38,493 bases of DNA from an uncultured bacterium (lineage in GTDB: Bacteria; Fermentibacterota; Fermentibacteria; Fermentibacterales; JCC-6): assembly GCA_964624675.1 (NCBI GenBank), contig CAZUYF010000002.1, forward strand, positions 1 through 38,493. Reading direction: 5' to 3'. Made by a program: the position numbers and the translations under genes. The notes under the pieces were generated by a model that was not told the origin of the DNA, made no database searches, and worked only from the letters and a program-made list of their open reading frames with translations. This document shows positions 9,503 to 18,931 of this stretch, piece by piece. The first letter of the stretch is position 1. Each line of letters starts with the position of its first letter.

Positions 9503-9531
9503 ATTATATCCGCTTCGTCAATACTGGTCAA
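9503..9531 (-). promoter_or_regulatory. sigma70-type promoter for the ferredoxin gene
   Basis: On the minus strand: TTGACC, 17-nt spacer, TATAAT, about 60 nt upstream of the fdx ATG. Confidence 0.5.
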
Positions 9532-9541
9532 CTTTTTTCGA

Positions 9542-10408
9542 TCAGGCATTTGCCCCTGATTTGATAATAGCAAGAATCCTGTCCAGCTCATCAAGGTTGT
9601 GATAACTGATCTCTATTTTACCAGTCTTCTTTCTTCCGCTTATCCGGACCTTTGTTTTTAGAATTCTCTGCAGATTATCCTCAAGGCTTCTTATTTCAGC
9701 GGTTTCCATTATGGAAGATCTGTTTAATCTTTTTCCTTTTCCCGAATTCTGCTTTCGAACCCTCGCTTCAACCTGCCTTACAGATAAACCTCGCTCAACC
9801 GCGAAGGCCGCCATCCGGGATATCATGGTTTTACTCGAAAGCCCAAGCAAAGCCCTTCCGTGCCCCATACTCAGCTGACCGGTTCTGAGAATATCGAGTA
9901 CCTGTTCAGGAAGATCCAGAAGCCTCTGAAAATTCGCCACCGATGATCGGCTTATACCAACTATTTCTCCCATTTCCTCCTGGGTCAGGTCAAATTCCGA
10001 AGAAAGCCTTTGAAAGGCCTCAGCCTTCTCAACTGGGCCCAGATCCTGCCGTTGTATGTTTTCCACCAGAGCAAGCGCAAGCATCTGCTGATCGTCCGCT
10101 TCCCTGACAACAACGGGGACTTTTTTAAGACCTGCTTCATGAGCCGCCCTCAAGCGCCTCTCTCCGGCAATCAGCTGATACCTTCCTCCGATCCTTCTTA
10201 TTACAAGCGGCTGAAGTATCCCCTGAGAACGAATAGATCGCGCCAGAGATCCTATTTCTTCTTTCTTCCATTGTTTCCTGGGTTGGAAAGGGTTTGTATC
10301 GATAAGTTCTATATCAACTTCCCCTGGGCTAAGTTTATCATCGTCACTGAGACCGGGAAAGATCTCTTCCATACCTTTTCCAAGCGCTCTTCTTTTTCGT
10401 TTTGTCAT
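9542..10408 (-). CDS. parB: chromosome partitioning protein ParB/Spo0J
   Basis: ParB box motifs 'IQPLVIRR...YQLIAGERRLRAA' and 'ALVENIQRQDL', plus an HTH region. The ATG overlaps the parA stop (ATGA). Confidence 0.93.
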   Translation of the reverse strand: MTKRKRRALGKGMEEIFPGLSDDDKLSPGEVDIELIDTNPFQPRKQWKKEEIGSLARSIRSQGILQPLVIRRIGGRYQLIAGERRLRAAHEAGLKKVPVVVREADDQQMLALALVENIQRQDLGPVEKAEAFQRLSSEFDLTQEEMGEIVGISRSSVANFQRLLDLPEQVLDILRTGQLSMGHGRALLGLSSKTMISRMAAFAVERGLSVRQVEARVRKQNSGKGKRLNRSSIMETAEIRSLEDNLQRILKTKVRISGRKKTGKIEISYHNLDELDRILAIIKSGANA

Positions 10409-11166
10409 CTATTCATCACCTCCCTGGCCAGATCAAAATAACTTAAAGCTCCCTTCGACTTGGCGTCGTACAAAAGCACGGGAATGCCATAACTCGGTGC
10501 CTCACTGAGCTTTACGTTTCTTGGAATATATGTGTCGAAGAGTGTTGACCCCATAAATTCTCTTACTTCTTCCTCAACTTCACGGCTAAGGATAAGCCTT
10601 CTATCGAACATAGTAAGAACAACCCCGTTTATCTTCAATCCGGAATTCCAGAGCTGTCTTATGTTCCTCACCGTATCCATCAGGTGCGAAAGACCTTCCA
10701 GGGCGTAGTACTCACTTTGCAGTGTAACAAGAACTTCACTGGAAGCAACCAGGGCGTTGATGGTCAATAAACCCAATGACGGGGGGCAATCGATAAGTAC
10801 GTAATCAAACCTGCTGGTATTTTCTTCAAGAGCTTCCTTAAGCAGATACTCCCTGTATTCAGCTCCCGCGAGCTCGATCTCCAGGCCGGAAAGGCTTCTG
10901 GATCCGGGAATCATCATAAGTCCTTCTACTCCTGTGGGATGAATAACTTCCTCAAGGTTGTATTTTCCGAGAATCAGAGAGCTGATATCCTTCCCTGAAG
11001 TTTCGCGAATCCCCAATCCTGATGTTGCGTTCACCTGTGGGTCAAAGTCTATCAGAAGAACATCACAGTCGTTCATAGCAAGGCTTGCACCGAGGTTGAT
11101 GACAGTAGTTGTTTTTCCAACACCGCCCTTTTGGTTCGCAACTGCTATTATCCTGGATGCTGTCAT
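10405..11166 (-). CDS. parA: chromosome partitioning ATPase ParA/Soj
   Basis: Deviant Walker A 'ANQKGGVGKTTT' and 'LIDCPPSLG'. 253 aa, directly upstream of parB. Confidence 0.93.
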   Translation of the reverse strand: MTASRIIAVANQKGGVGKTTTVINLGASLAMNDCDVLLIDFDPQVNATSGLGIRETSGKDISSLILGKYNLEEVIHPTGVEGLMMIPGSRSLSGLEIELAGAEYREYLLKEALEENTSRFDYVLIDCPPSLGLLTINALVASSEVLVTLQSEYYALEGLSHLMDTVRNIRQLWNSGLKINGVVLTMFDRRLILSREVEEEVREFMGSTLFDTYIPRNVKLSEAPSYGIPVLLYDAKSKGALSYFDLAREVMNR

Positions 11167-11231
11167 GACATTCCTTTACTGAGTTATCTAATCTAAGGCA
11201 GTTGCATATACAATAAGGGTGGTAATCCGAA

Positions 11232-11846
11232 TCAGACTCGATACTGCACCAGAAATCCACTGCGGTCAAGCGGAGGGCAATTGAGTTCTATGTAACTTTC
11301 AAATTCCTCATTCTCCAATATTTCCGGCTGTCTGTACACGAGCAAAGAACCTTTTCCGGCAACTGTACCTATTCTCGTGAGTAACGAAGCAGGCGGGGCT
11401 ACTGCCCTTGCTACGAATTGCTTCACACCGTCTTCCGGATCGAAATCCTCAAGCCTCAGCGGTACTGTTGTACAATTGGATAGACCGAGTTCCGATACCG
11501 CGAAGCCAAGGAACAGATGCCTTTTTCTCCTTGGTTCAAGAAGTATCATGCGGAACCCCATAATCGCAAGCACCATTCCGGGAAAACCGTTACCGCTTCC
11601 GATATCAACCACTGTCCGGTCCCTGTCAAGCAGTAGAGCATACTGTATTGACTCAAGGAAGTGTCTTCTCCACAACCTGACCCTTTCTCCGGGTCCTATC
11701 AGGTTTGTTCTGGCTGATCTATCAAGAAGAATCCCCGCAAACTTTCCGAAAAGCTCAAGCTGTCTTTCATCAACACTAACCCTGAGTTCGTTTATATCTT
11801 CGACCATCGAGCTCAACGGTGGAAATGAAAGAGGGAAGTGTTTCAC
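11232..11846 (-). CDS. rsmG: 16S rRNA (guanine527-N7)-methyltransferase RsmG/GidB
   Basis: SAM motif 'VVDIGSGNGFPGMVLAI' and the conserved position after mnmG. Start is ambiguous: GTG 11846 (overlaps the mnmG stop) or ATG 11807. Confidence 0.85.
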   Translation of the reverse strand: MKHFPLSFPPLSSMVEDINELRVSVDERQLELFGKFAGILLDRSARTNLIGPGERVRLWRRHFLESIQYALLLDRDRTVVDIGSGNGFPGMVLAIMGFRMILLEPRRKRHLFLGFAVSELGLSNCTTVPLRLEDFDPEDGVKQFVARAVAPPASLLTRIGTVAGKGSLLVYRQPEILENEEFESYIELNCPPLDRSGFLVQYRV

Positions 11847-11854
11847 GTGGAACG
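11839..11854. other. parS centromere-like site
   Basis: TGTTTCACGTGGAACG matches 14/16 positions of the TGTTTCACGTGAAACA consensus. The right half carries the GGAAC variant. It lies at the mnmG stop / rsmG start. Confidence 0.65.
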
Positions 11855-13648
11855 CTGCCTGCCCAGATATATCAGAAGACCATGCAGGTCTGTGGGTCTT
11901 ATTCCCGGTATTTTCTCCGCACGCGCCAGTGTTTCCGGTCTTTCCCTTTCAAGAACTTCCCTTGCCTCCCAGCATATTTCGTTTATCTCCATATAAGAAC
12001 TTATCCTTCTGAGGCTGATCTTCTCCAGATCTCTGACGGATTCATGCCTTCTGAGGTTTCTTTCAATGTACCCTCTGTATTTTTCGTCCAGTAGTACTGA
12101 TGCCAGAACCCTCTCATCCCTGTTGACAAGATGATGTGACCGGGAAACAACATCTTCGGCGTTAACCCCGGGCCTTCTACACCACCTGGACAAGCGTATC
12201 CCATCGACCGTCTCTCCTTCGAGGATATTCCATATAGTATCCGCTTCTTTCAGGTTGCCGGTCAGAAGTTCTCTCTTTTCTTCTGACAGTATCCCGAAAC
12301 GGTCTCCATATCTATATAGTCTTCTATCGGCATTATCCTGTCTTAAATACAGTCTGTTCTCAGCTCTTGATGAGAACATTCTGTATGGCTCGTCTGCTCC
12401 CTTGCTTACTATATCGTCTATCATTACTCCGATATATGAATCCATTCTGGATAGACTGAGCGGCTCAAGGCTCTTTGCGAGCCTGCCGGCATTTGCGCCG
12501 GCAATCAAACCCAGTCCAGCTGCTTCTTCGTATCCGGATGTTCCGCATATCTGCCCGGCAGCAAACACGTTTTCAGTTCTTCGGAGCCTCAGTGTTTCAT
12601 CAATTTCAGAGAAATGAAAGTAAGAGTACTCTACAGCATAGCCGTAATCCGATATCTCTGCCCTCCCGAACCCGGGAAGAGATCTCACCATTTTTGCCTG
12701 CGCTTCCCTTGGAAGGCTGGTGGAAAGTCCGTTCAGATAGAAATCTCTTGAACCGTACCCCATTGGCTCAACGTATATCTTGTGTCTCTTTCTATCAGGG
12801 AATTTGACGACCTTGTCCTCGTAGCTTGGGCAGTATCTTGGCCCGGTTCCATCTATCCTTCCGGCCATCATCGGGGAAAGATGAAGGAAGTCCTTCGCAA
12901 TATTCATTGTATTCATATCGGTGTACGTTGTATAGCACACCTCTTCTTTGTCATTGGGCTGGTAGTTCCCGAAACTGAAAGTAAATTTCGTTCGTTCTGA
13001 CTGCTGCACCTCAAGTTCAGCAGTATTCACCGAGCTTCGAACGATTCGGGCTGGTGTCCCTGTTTTGAATCGTTCCACGTGGAACATTCTTTCTGCAAGA
13101 TCCTTCTCCAGCGAATCAGCAGACAGGTCTCCTATTCTTCCGCCCTTCCATAGTTCTTCCCCCCTGAATAGCCTGCCTCTGAGGAAGGTTCCCGCAGCGA
13201 GTACCACTGTTTTCCCGCGGATGGTTCCGCTTTTTCTGCACCTTACTCCAGTTACTCTATCCGTTACTCCATCGAGAGCAGTTACTTCGTCTTCAATAAT
13301 TTCAATTCCGCTGTTTCCGATGTACAGCTGCTGTGTTCTTGCGTACTCCGCAGCATCCGACTGAACCCTCGGTCCCCAGACGGCCGGGCCTTTTCTTCTA
13401 TTAAGCATTCGAAAATGCAGTGCTGTGGCATCTGCTGACCGTGCCATTGAGCCATCAAGCGCATCTATTTCGCGTACAATTGTTCCTTTCGCAATTCCTC
13501 CTATTGCAGGATTGCATGACATCTCACCAATACGGCTTATCTTCGCTGATATCAGAACGACCCTGCAGCCGAGCCGGGCTGCCGCGAGCGCAGCCTCTAT
13601 TCCGGCATGCCCGCCGCCGACAACTATTACATCCCACTGGTTCATCAT
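11843..13648 (-). CDS. mnmG: tRNA uridine-5-carboxymethylaminomethyl modification enzyme MnmG/GidA
   Basis: FAD motif 'DVIVVGGGHAGIEAALAAARLG' and a GidA body ('GEMSCNPAIGG', 'GPRYCPSYEDK'). ATG 13648 is preferred because it overlaps the mnmE stop (ATGA). The ORF track starts at 13660. Confidence 0.93.
   Translation of the reverse strand: MMNQWDVIVVGGGHAGIEAALAAARLGCRVVLISAKISRIGEMSCNPAIGGIAKGTIVREIDALDGSMARSADATALHFRMLNRRKGPAVWGPRVQSDAAEYARTQQLYIGNSGIEIIEDEVTALDGVTDRVTGVRCRKSGTIRGKTVVLAAGTFLRGRLFRGEELWKGGRIGDLSADSLEKDLAERMFHVERFKTGTPARIVRSSVNTAELEVQQSERTKFTFSFGNYQPNDKEEVCYTTYTDMNTMNIAKDFLHLSPMMAGRIDGTGPRYCPSYEDKVVKFPDRKRHKIYVEPMGYGSRDFYLNGLSTSLPREAQAKMVRSLPGFGRAEISDYGYAVEYSYFHFSEIDETLRLRRTENVFAAGQICGTSGYEEAAGLGLIAGANAGRLAKSLEPLSLSRMDSYIGVMIDDIVSKGADEPYRMFSSRAENRLYLRQDNADRRLYRYGDRFGILSEEKRELLTGNLKEADTIWNILEGETVDGIRLSRWCRRPGVNAEDVVSRSHHLVNRDERVLASVLLDEKYRGYIERNLRRHESVRDLEKISLRRISSYMEINEICWEAREVLERERPETLARAEKIPGIRPTDLHGLLIYLGRQRST
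13071..13086. other. parS centromere-like site (GTTCCACGTGGAAC variant)
   Basis: CGTTCCACGTGGAACA contains a perfect 14-bp palindrome, 13072-13085. This is the TGTTCCACGTGGAACA-type parS variant known from other bacteria. It lies inside mnmG. Confidence 0.65.
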
Positions 13649-14904
13649 TTTCCTACACACATACCAGAGAGAGCTCTTTCTACGCTCAACCGTATATTCT
13701 CTCCCCTGCCGATAATTCTTCTTGCTTCTATTTCGGCTTCACTAAGAAGTTCTGCAGCAAGGTCATACTCTCCGTTTGAGATAAATTTGCACGACTCTTT
13801 TACACTGTCGAAAATCCGTCTGGCGGCCCCTGCCAGAGACATGCTCCCGGGGATCCTCGACAGTATCATTTTCAGCTCCTCCAGGCCCTCTCCTGAGACT
13901 GAGGATACGCGCAGTAAGCTATCTGAATCATTATTGGTGACCAGATCGCTCTTCGCAGCTATCTCTATTATCTCTCCTGCCCTTTCCCTTATCTCATCGG
14001 CAGGCGGTGTCTTTCCTCCAACTGACATCCAGATCACCCTCTCAGTACCATCAAGTCCATCGATAACCGCTTCCCACGCGCTCCTGTCCAATCCAAGTCC
14101 GCCTGTTCCTGCTGTATCGCAAAGCTGTATTCTCCTGCCGCTGACTTCCATATAACAGGTTGAACCATCGCGCGTGGTGCCCGGCTCACCGGAAACGAGA
14201 GCCCTCCCCTTTCCGGTCAGCAAGTTGAAAAGCGTGGATTTTCCCGAATTGACTGGACCCATTATCATTACTCTGCTGCTCTTTTCAATTGATGCAGCTT
14301 CTCTTATAAAATCCTTAGCTCTTTCTATCAGCTCACCGAAAACAATCCTGACTCTCTCGTCATTTCCATCAAGGTGTGTTTCACCGAATTCAATAATGCC
14401 CTCTACGGTTTCCCTTGTGCTTTCTATTCCGCTCAGCAGTTTTCTGCAGCTGTCCTCCGTTACGCCGTCGAAGGCTTTCTGCCCTCTTTCCATGTCCCAC
14501 AGAGCGGCAAGTGCTATGATCTGAACAGCATTCAACCTTCCATTACCGAATGCCCTTCTTGCAAATTCACCAGGCTCGGCTCTCCTTGCTCCGCTCTTTA
14601 TCAGTATCTCCATTATTTCTCTTACGGAGCGCGGTATTCCATGACAGATGATTTCAACCATTTCCTCACCTGTAAAACTTCGCCCTTCAGGCCATGAGAC
14701 AGCAACAACCTCGTCAACGATTCTGCCTTCCTCAACTATTTTCCCGACCTTTCTGCGCATTCCCGCCAGCCGGTTCTTTTCAAGGGACATGATATTTTCA
14801 ATGAGTTCTAAGGATCCGCTTCCGCTGATTCTTATTACCGAAAGCGCGGATGTTCCCTCAGGCGTCGCAACTGCACAGATGATCTCCGGTGATATTGTAT
14901 TCAC
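13645..14904 (-). CDS. mnmE: tRNA modification GTPase MnmE/TrmE
   Basis: N-terminal 'ICAVATPEGTSALSVIRISG', G1 'GPVNSGKSTLFN', G3 'DTAG', and the C-terminal 'CVGK' tetrapeptide. GTG start. 419 aa. Confidence 0.9.
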   Translation of the reverse strand: MNTISPEIICAVATPEGTSALSVIRISGSGSLELIENIMSLEKNRLAGMRRKVGKIVEEGRIVDEVVAVSWPEGRSFTGEEMVEIICHGIPRSVREIMEILIKSGARRAEPGEFARRAFGNGRLNAVQIIALAALWDMERGQKAFDGVTEDSCRKLLSGIESTRETVEGIIEFGETHLDGNDERVRIVFGELIERAKDFIREAASIEKSSRVMIMGPVNSGKSTLFNLLTGKGRALVSGEPGTTRDGSTCYMEVSGRRIQLCDTAGTGGLGLDRSAWEAVIDGLDGTERVIWMSVGGKTPPADEIRERAGEIIEIAAKSDLVTNNDSDSLLRVSSVSGEGLEELKMILSRIPGSMSLAGAARRIFDSVKESCKFISNGEYDLAAELLSEAEIEARRIIGRGENIRLSVERALSGMCVGK

Positions 14905-14935
14905 TTGCTACTCTTCCATGTAAAAGCACCTGGCG

Positions 14936-16525
14936 TCAGTTCTGTACGGCCTCAAGCTTTTTCTTGATGAGCTGCTGCTGCCATATTGTCAGCAGGCTGT
15001 TGCTGAACCAGTACATGGTAAGACCTGCCGGGAACCTCATGAAGAGGAATGTCATGAATATTGGCATCATGTACATCATACCCTTCTGGTTCTGATCGGT
15101 CATGGTCATCTTCTGCTGAAGGAACATCGCTATTCCCATAAGAAGAGCAAGTATGCCGATGCCATGAAGGCCAAGTATTGGAGACTGGAATGGAATCAGT
15201 ATTTCTGGTTTTGACAAATCCTGAATCCATAGAATGAATGGTGCTCCCCGCAGCTGTACAGAATTGGCAAGAACCCGGTACAGAGCAAAGAAGACAGGCA
15301 TCTGCATAATGAGCGGAAGGCACCCTCCCAGAGGGTTCACGCCTTCTTCCTTGTACAGTTTCTGCATTGCGCTCTGCAGGGCCTTCGGATCGCTTTTATA
15401 CTTCTCCTGCAGTTCCTTCATCTTGGGTTGTACCTGTTTAAGCATTGCCATCGATTTGAAACTCTTTGTTGTAAGCGGCATGAGAACAAGCTTAAGCACT
15501 ATTGCCAGCAGTATGATCTTGAGTCCCCAGTTGCTGACGAATGAAAGCACTGACGTGCAGAACCAGAAAAGCAGTCTTCCTATATCCCTTATTATCGGCC
15601 ATCCGAAATCAACCAATCGACTCGTGTCTCTGCCCAGTGACCTCAGTCTTCCGTAATCAAGGGGTCCCGCGTAAACGTATATCCTGTTATCCTGCAATCC
15701 TATTGACGGTGATTCGTCTTCTGCAGATGCGTAAAGATATCCGTATGCTCTATCATAGGACTGCGGCAGCATGATAACCGCGAAGTACTGCGATCTTGCC
15801 GCTATCCACTCTACGTTACCTACCTGCTCATCAACTGTAATACTATTCGAACCCCTGCTCTTAACCTTCTCTGCGTTCCACTGCGCTTTGAAATATCTTG
15901 AGAGGTTTGAGTTCATTTCACTTACAGGCAGTATTCCAGCGTTCAGTACTGTTATTTCAGCGAGCCCCTCGGTTTCGTAAAGGAAACCGTACTGACCTGG
16001 TGTGAATGTATATTTAATCTCACTCGAGTCGGAGGGGTCGATCAATACAAGCGTTTGCGGGTTTTCATTTACAAGGATTGTATCTTCCGATAATGTTTCA
16101 AAATATGAACTATTGATTGTCCAGCTGTTTCCATCAAAATTGATGCTGTCATAGCTTTCCGCACCTGGCATATCTTCGTATTGTGGTAGTTTCCACCCAA
16201 CGACAGTCCCGCCGAATGTTGAAATATCAGCTTCCACTATCACATTATCGCCGTCGAATACTATTACCTTAATCACTCTTTCTTCAGGTAATATGTATTC
16301 TATGTCTTCATTATTTGTTTTATCAGAAGCTATTTCAATACTTTGTTTACCAGCAGATACAGAATCATCAGGCATCGGCGATTCTTCCTGCTGTACATAT
16401 TCGGTTGCCTGCTGCGATATCTGCGGGCTTTCGGATGTTCCTGATTTCCCCATGAACTGCCAGCTGATAAACAGCACAGCTGCCATTAATACGGCAGCCA
16501 GAAGGAGCCTCTTTTGATCACTCAT
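14936..16525 (-). CDS. yidC: membrane protein insertase YidC
   Basis: N-terminal TM segment, a large periplasmic-type domain, and a C-terminal 60-kDa insertase core ('[14 protein letters not shown]', '[17 protein letters not shown]'). Conserved position after yidD. Confidence 0.92.
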   Translation of the reverse strand: MSDQKRLLLAAVLMAAVLFISWQFMGKSGTSESPQISQQATEYVQQEESPMPDDSVSAGKQSIEIASDKTNNEDIEYILPEERVIKVIVFDGDNVIVEADISTFGGTVVGWKLPQYEDMPGAESYDSINFDGNSWTINSSYFETLSEDTILVNENPQTLVLIDPSDSSEIKYTFTPGQYGFLYETEGLAEITVLNAGILPVSEMNSNLSRYFKAQWNAEKVKSRGSNSITVDEQVGNVEWIAARSQYFAVIMLPQSYDRAYGYLYASAEDESPSIGLQDNRIYVYAGPLDYGRLRSLGRDTSRLVDFGWPIIRDIGRLLFWFCTSVLSFVSNWGLKIILLAIVLKLVLMPLTTKSFKSMAMLKQVQPKMKELQEKYKSDPKALQSAMQKLYKEEGVNPLGGCLPLIMQMPVFFALYRVLANSVQLRGAPFILWIQDLSKPEILIPFQSPILGLHGIGILALLMGIAMFLQQKMTMTDQNQKGMMYMMPIFMTFLFMRFPAGLTMYWFSNSLLTIWQQQLIKKKLEAVQN

Positions 16526-16785
16526 TTACGTTTCTCCCATTTCTCCGGAACAGGATCGTATCCACCTTTTCTGAACGGATGGCATCGGAGCAGGCGCAAT
16601 GTCGCCAGTCTCAATCCCCTGATGACTCCGTACCTTCTGATAGCGGTTTCAGCATAAACACTGCATGTTGGGCTGTATATGCAGCTCGATGGAAACACTG
16701 GCGATATGAATCTCCTGTATCCCTTGATTGTACCAATCAATAAAAACTCTGCCGCTTTTACTATTCTGCAGTCTTTTTCTTTCAT
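16522..16785 (-). CDS. yidD: membrane protein insertion efficiency factor YidD
   Basis: '[31 protein letters not shown]...LLRCHPF' is the canonical YidD signature. It overlaps the yidC start by 4 nt. Confidence 0.9.
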   Translation of the reverse strand: MKEKDCRIVKAAEFLLIGTIKGYRRFISPVFPSSCIYSPTCSVYAETAIRRYGVIRGLRLATLRLLRCHPFRKGGYDPVPEKWEKRK

Positions 16786-16798
16786 GGATGTTTTCTCT

Positions 16799-17134
16799 TC
16801 AGTCGGTATCGTTTTCTATTACTGACACCATCTTCTCAAAATCCAATTTTATATCTGTCCACTTTGCATCCCGCAGCTTTCCTGCCGGTAATATAACTAT
16901 ATCCGCTCCGAGTCTTTTACTTTTCTGTTCCGCAAGTCCCTTGATCCTTCTTCTCATAAGGTTTCTTTTCACAGCGTTTCCACTTTTTGCAGAAAGTGAA
17001 AACCCCAGACGTATATTGCCCAGGGTATTCTTAATGTATACAGCCCTGAATGATACACCCCTGAAAGCTTTACCTTTTCTGAAAACTCTTCTGAACTGGT
17101 AACTTTTTTTCAGGGTTTTCTCTATCCGTATCAG
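16799..17134 (-). CDS. rnpA: ribonuclease P protein component RnpA (start codon uncertain/non-canonical)
   Basis: RnpA core '[17 protein letters not shown]...' and RNR-like '[14 protein letters not shown]'. The 158-aa track ORF (to 17275) is rejected because its first ~45 codons are rpmH read out of frame. No ATG/GTG/TTG exists between the rpmH stop and the RnpA core. Candidates are CTG 17134 (overlapping the rpmH TGA as CTGA), ATT 17143 and ATA 17131. Confidence 0.7.
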   Translation of the reverse strand: MIRIEKTLKKSYQFRRVFRKGKAFRGVSFRAVYIKNTLGNIRLGFSLSAKSGNAVKRNLMRRRIKGLAEQKSKRLGADIVILPAGKLRDAKWTDIKLDFEKMVSVIENDTD

Positions 17135-17265
17135 GGAATCAATTTCTTTCTTCCTTTTCTCCTCCGGGCACTGAGTGTTCTTCTGCCGCTCTTTGTCGAC
17201 ATTCTTTTCCGAAATCCATGTCTTCTTGCCTTTGACAGGTTGCTTGGCTGAAAGGTTCTTTTCAT
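17131..17265 (-). CDS. rpmH: 50S ribosomal protein L34
   Basis: Manual translation of the minus strand gives [44 protein letters not shown] (44 aa). It carries the canonical L34 'MKRT(F/Y)QPS...HGFR.RM.T..GR' signature. It is absent from the ORF track because it is under 60 aa. Confidence 0.93.
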   Translation of the reverse strand: MKRTFQPSNLSKARRHGFRKRMSTKSGRRTLSARRRKGRKKLIP

Positions 17266-17367
17266 TAATCATCACTCTTTCCTAAATCCTCGCCTTGACG
17301 ACGGTAGGATTACTGCATCAGTTTCAACGGTCAGGTAAATATCTATCTCAGGAGTCAACGATTGTGG

Positions 17368-17396
17368 AAGTTAGCCAATATAATCATTTATGTCAA
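17368..17396 (-). promoter_or_regulatory. candidate sigma70-type promoter for rpmH-rnpA
   Basis: On the minus strand: TTGACA, 17-nt spacer, TAACTT, about 100 nt upstream of the rpmH ATG. Confidence 0.35.
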
Positions 17397-17451
17397 GTAT
17401 TTGGGACAACCCTCTGTGCGTGTGGTAAGGTTTTCAACAGTAAGTATTCGT

Positions 17452-17481
17452 TTGACGCACGGTTATTCGTTAAATTATTAT
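17452..17481 (+). promoter_or_regulatory. candidate sigma70-type promoter for dnaA
   Basis: TTGACG, 18-nt spacer, TATTAT, about 105 nt upstream of the dnaA ATG. Imperfect DnaA boxes lie downstream of it. Confidence 0.4.
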
Positions 17482-17509
17482 CTTCCATTAAGTTATCATA
17501 TATGTTGGT

Positions 17510-17530
17510 TGTTGATATCCCTGTTGATAA
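17510..17530 (+). promoter_or_regulatory. two tandem imperfect DnaA boxes upstream of dnaA
   Basis: TGTTGATAT (17510-17518, 2 mismatches) and TGTTGATAA (17522-17530, 1 mismatch), compared with TGTGGATAA. They lie between the candidate promoter and the dnaA start. Confidence 0.45.
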
Positions 17531-17587
17531 ACATCGTTTTTTACTGCAAGCTATTACTTTACGCTGAAGTCATTGATTGGAACACTT

Positions 17588-18931
17588 ATGGATAATTTCA
17601 ATCCCACAGACCTATGGAACCGGTGCCTTCTGGAGGCCGAAAGTAGACTTGAATCCACCGAATTCGAAGCATGGTTAAAGAATTCAGCCTATGAAGACAT
17701 CAACGGGACAAGACTTGTTATAAGGTTCCGGAATTCTTTTGTCGCAGGACATGCCAAATCCCGCTTCGGAAACATGCTGGAAGAGATTATCCAAACTATT
17801 TCCGGGAGGAACGAACTCGCTCTTCAGTTCATAGGAGATCCTGCCGAACCAGGTCCGTCCAGTACCGAAAAGCTGACTCCCACCAGAGAGACCTCCTCCT
17901 CCGACTACTGCTTCCTGCGCTCAAACTATACATTCGATCATTTCGTTGTAGGTCCCAGTAATCAACTGGCCCACGCGGGAGCTCTTGCCGTCAGCCGCGA
18001 TATCGGTTCTACAAATTACAATCCTTTATTCATCTATGGAGGAGTAGGCCTTGGTAAAACTCACCTTATCCAGGCTATTGCACATCACCTCAGACAGGAA
18101 GGTTCAATAAGAACTTTCAGATATATTTCTACTGAGCTCCTTGTAGAAACATTTATCAAATGCGTTCTTCATAATGACTATACTTTGTTCCGGAAGCTTT
18201 TCCATGGTATTGACTACTTTCTGATGGACGACATACAGTTCCTCAAAGGCAAGGTTGAAACACAGGAAGCGTTCTTCCATCGTTTCAATGAACTCCATCA
18301 GCAGGGAAAACAGATTGTTCTTACATCAGACAGACCGCCACACGAACTTCCCGATCTTCCTGAACGACTTATCAACCGTTTCCAGTCCGGACTTGTTGCT
18401 GATATTAAACCGCCCGAATACGAAACCCGTCTTGCTATACTCCAGCTTCTTGTAAGAGACGAGGAACTTGAAGTGAGTCTGGATGTACTTGATTTTATAG
18501 CATCTTCAATCAGGAAGAATGTGAGGCAGCTTTCCGGTGTAATTCACAGACTGGCTGCAATGTCCAGACTTACGGGGTGCAGGATAGACATGGATCTCGC
18601 TCAGAAGGAAATCCGCTCTTCTCTCGGCACAATAACAAGAAGGCTGACAGCTGGTAATATTGCTTCTACCGTTGCGGAGAGTTTTGATGTCTCTCCAAAC
18701 CAGCTTAAAGGAAAACAGAGGAAGCACAGTGTTCTAATACCCAGACAGGTGTCCATGTCACTTATTCGTGAACTTACTTCCATGTCTCTCACGGAAATAG
18801 GTGCTTTTTTCTCTGGAAGAGATCACTCCACCGTCCTGAATTCAATAGGCAGGATAAAGGAACTCGTAGATAAAGATCCGGAACTTGAAAGAAAGATCGA
18901 GGAAATCAAACGCAAACTTGTTTCAATCTGA
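17588..18931 (+). CDS. dnaA: chromosomal replication initiator DnaA
   Basis: AAA+ Walker A 'GGVGLGKTHL', Walker B 'FLMDDIQF', sensor/box VII region, and a C-terminal DNA-binding 'HSTVLNSI' helix. ATG 17588 (MDNFNPTDLWN...) is preferred over TTG 17573. Confidence 0.95.
   Translation: MDNFNPTDLWNRCLLEAESRLESTEFEAWLKNSAYEDINGTRLVIRFRNSFVAGHAKSRFGNMLEEIIQTISGRNELALQFIGDPAEPGPSSTEKLTPTRETSSSDYCFLRSNYTFDHFVVGPSNQLAHAGALAVSRDIGSTNYNPLFIYGGVGLGKTHLIQAIAHHLRQEGSIRTFRYISTELLVETFIKCVLHNDYTLFRKLFHGIDYFLMDDIQFLKGKVETQEAFFHRFNELHQQGKQIVLTSDRPPHELPDLPERLINRFQSGLVADIKPPEYETRLAILQLLVRDEELEVSLDVLDFIASSIRKNVRQLSGVIHRLAAMSRLTGCRIDMDLAQKEIRSSLGTITRRLTAGNIASTVAESFDVSPNQLKGKQRKHSVLIPRQVSMSLIRELTSMSLTEIGAFFSGRDHSTVLNSIGRIKELVDKDPELERKIEEIKRKLVSI

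Noticed and set aside
9675-9683. One-mismatch DnaA box TTATCCTCA inside parB
   Set aside because: It is an isolated, imperfect hit within coding sequence. This is expected by chance at the 1-mismatch level.
16799-17275. Single 158-aa 'RnpA' with a long Lys-rich N-terminal extension
   Set aside because: The extension is the L34 gene read in the wrong frame. It is split into rpmH (17131-17265) and a shorter rnpA.
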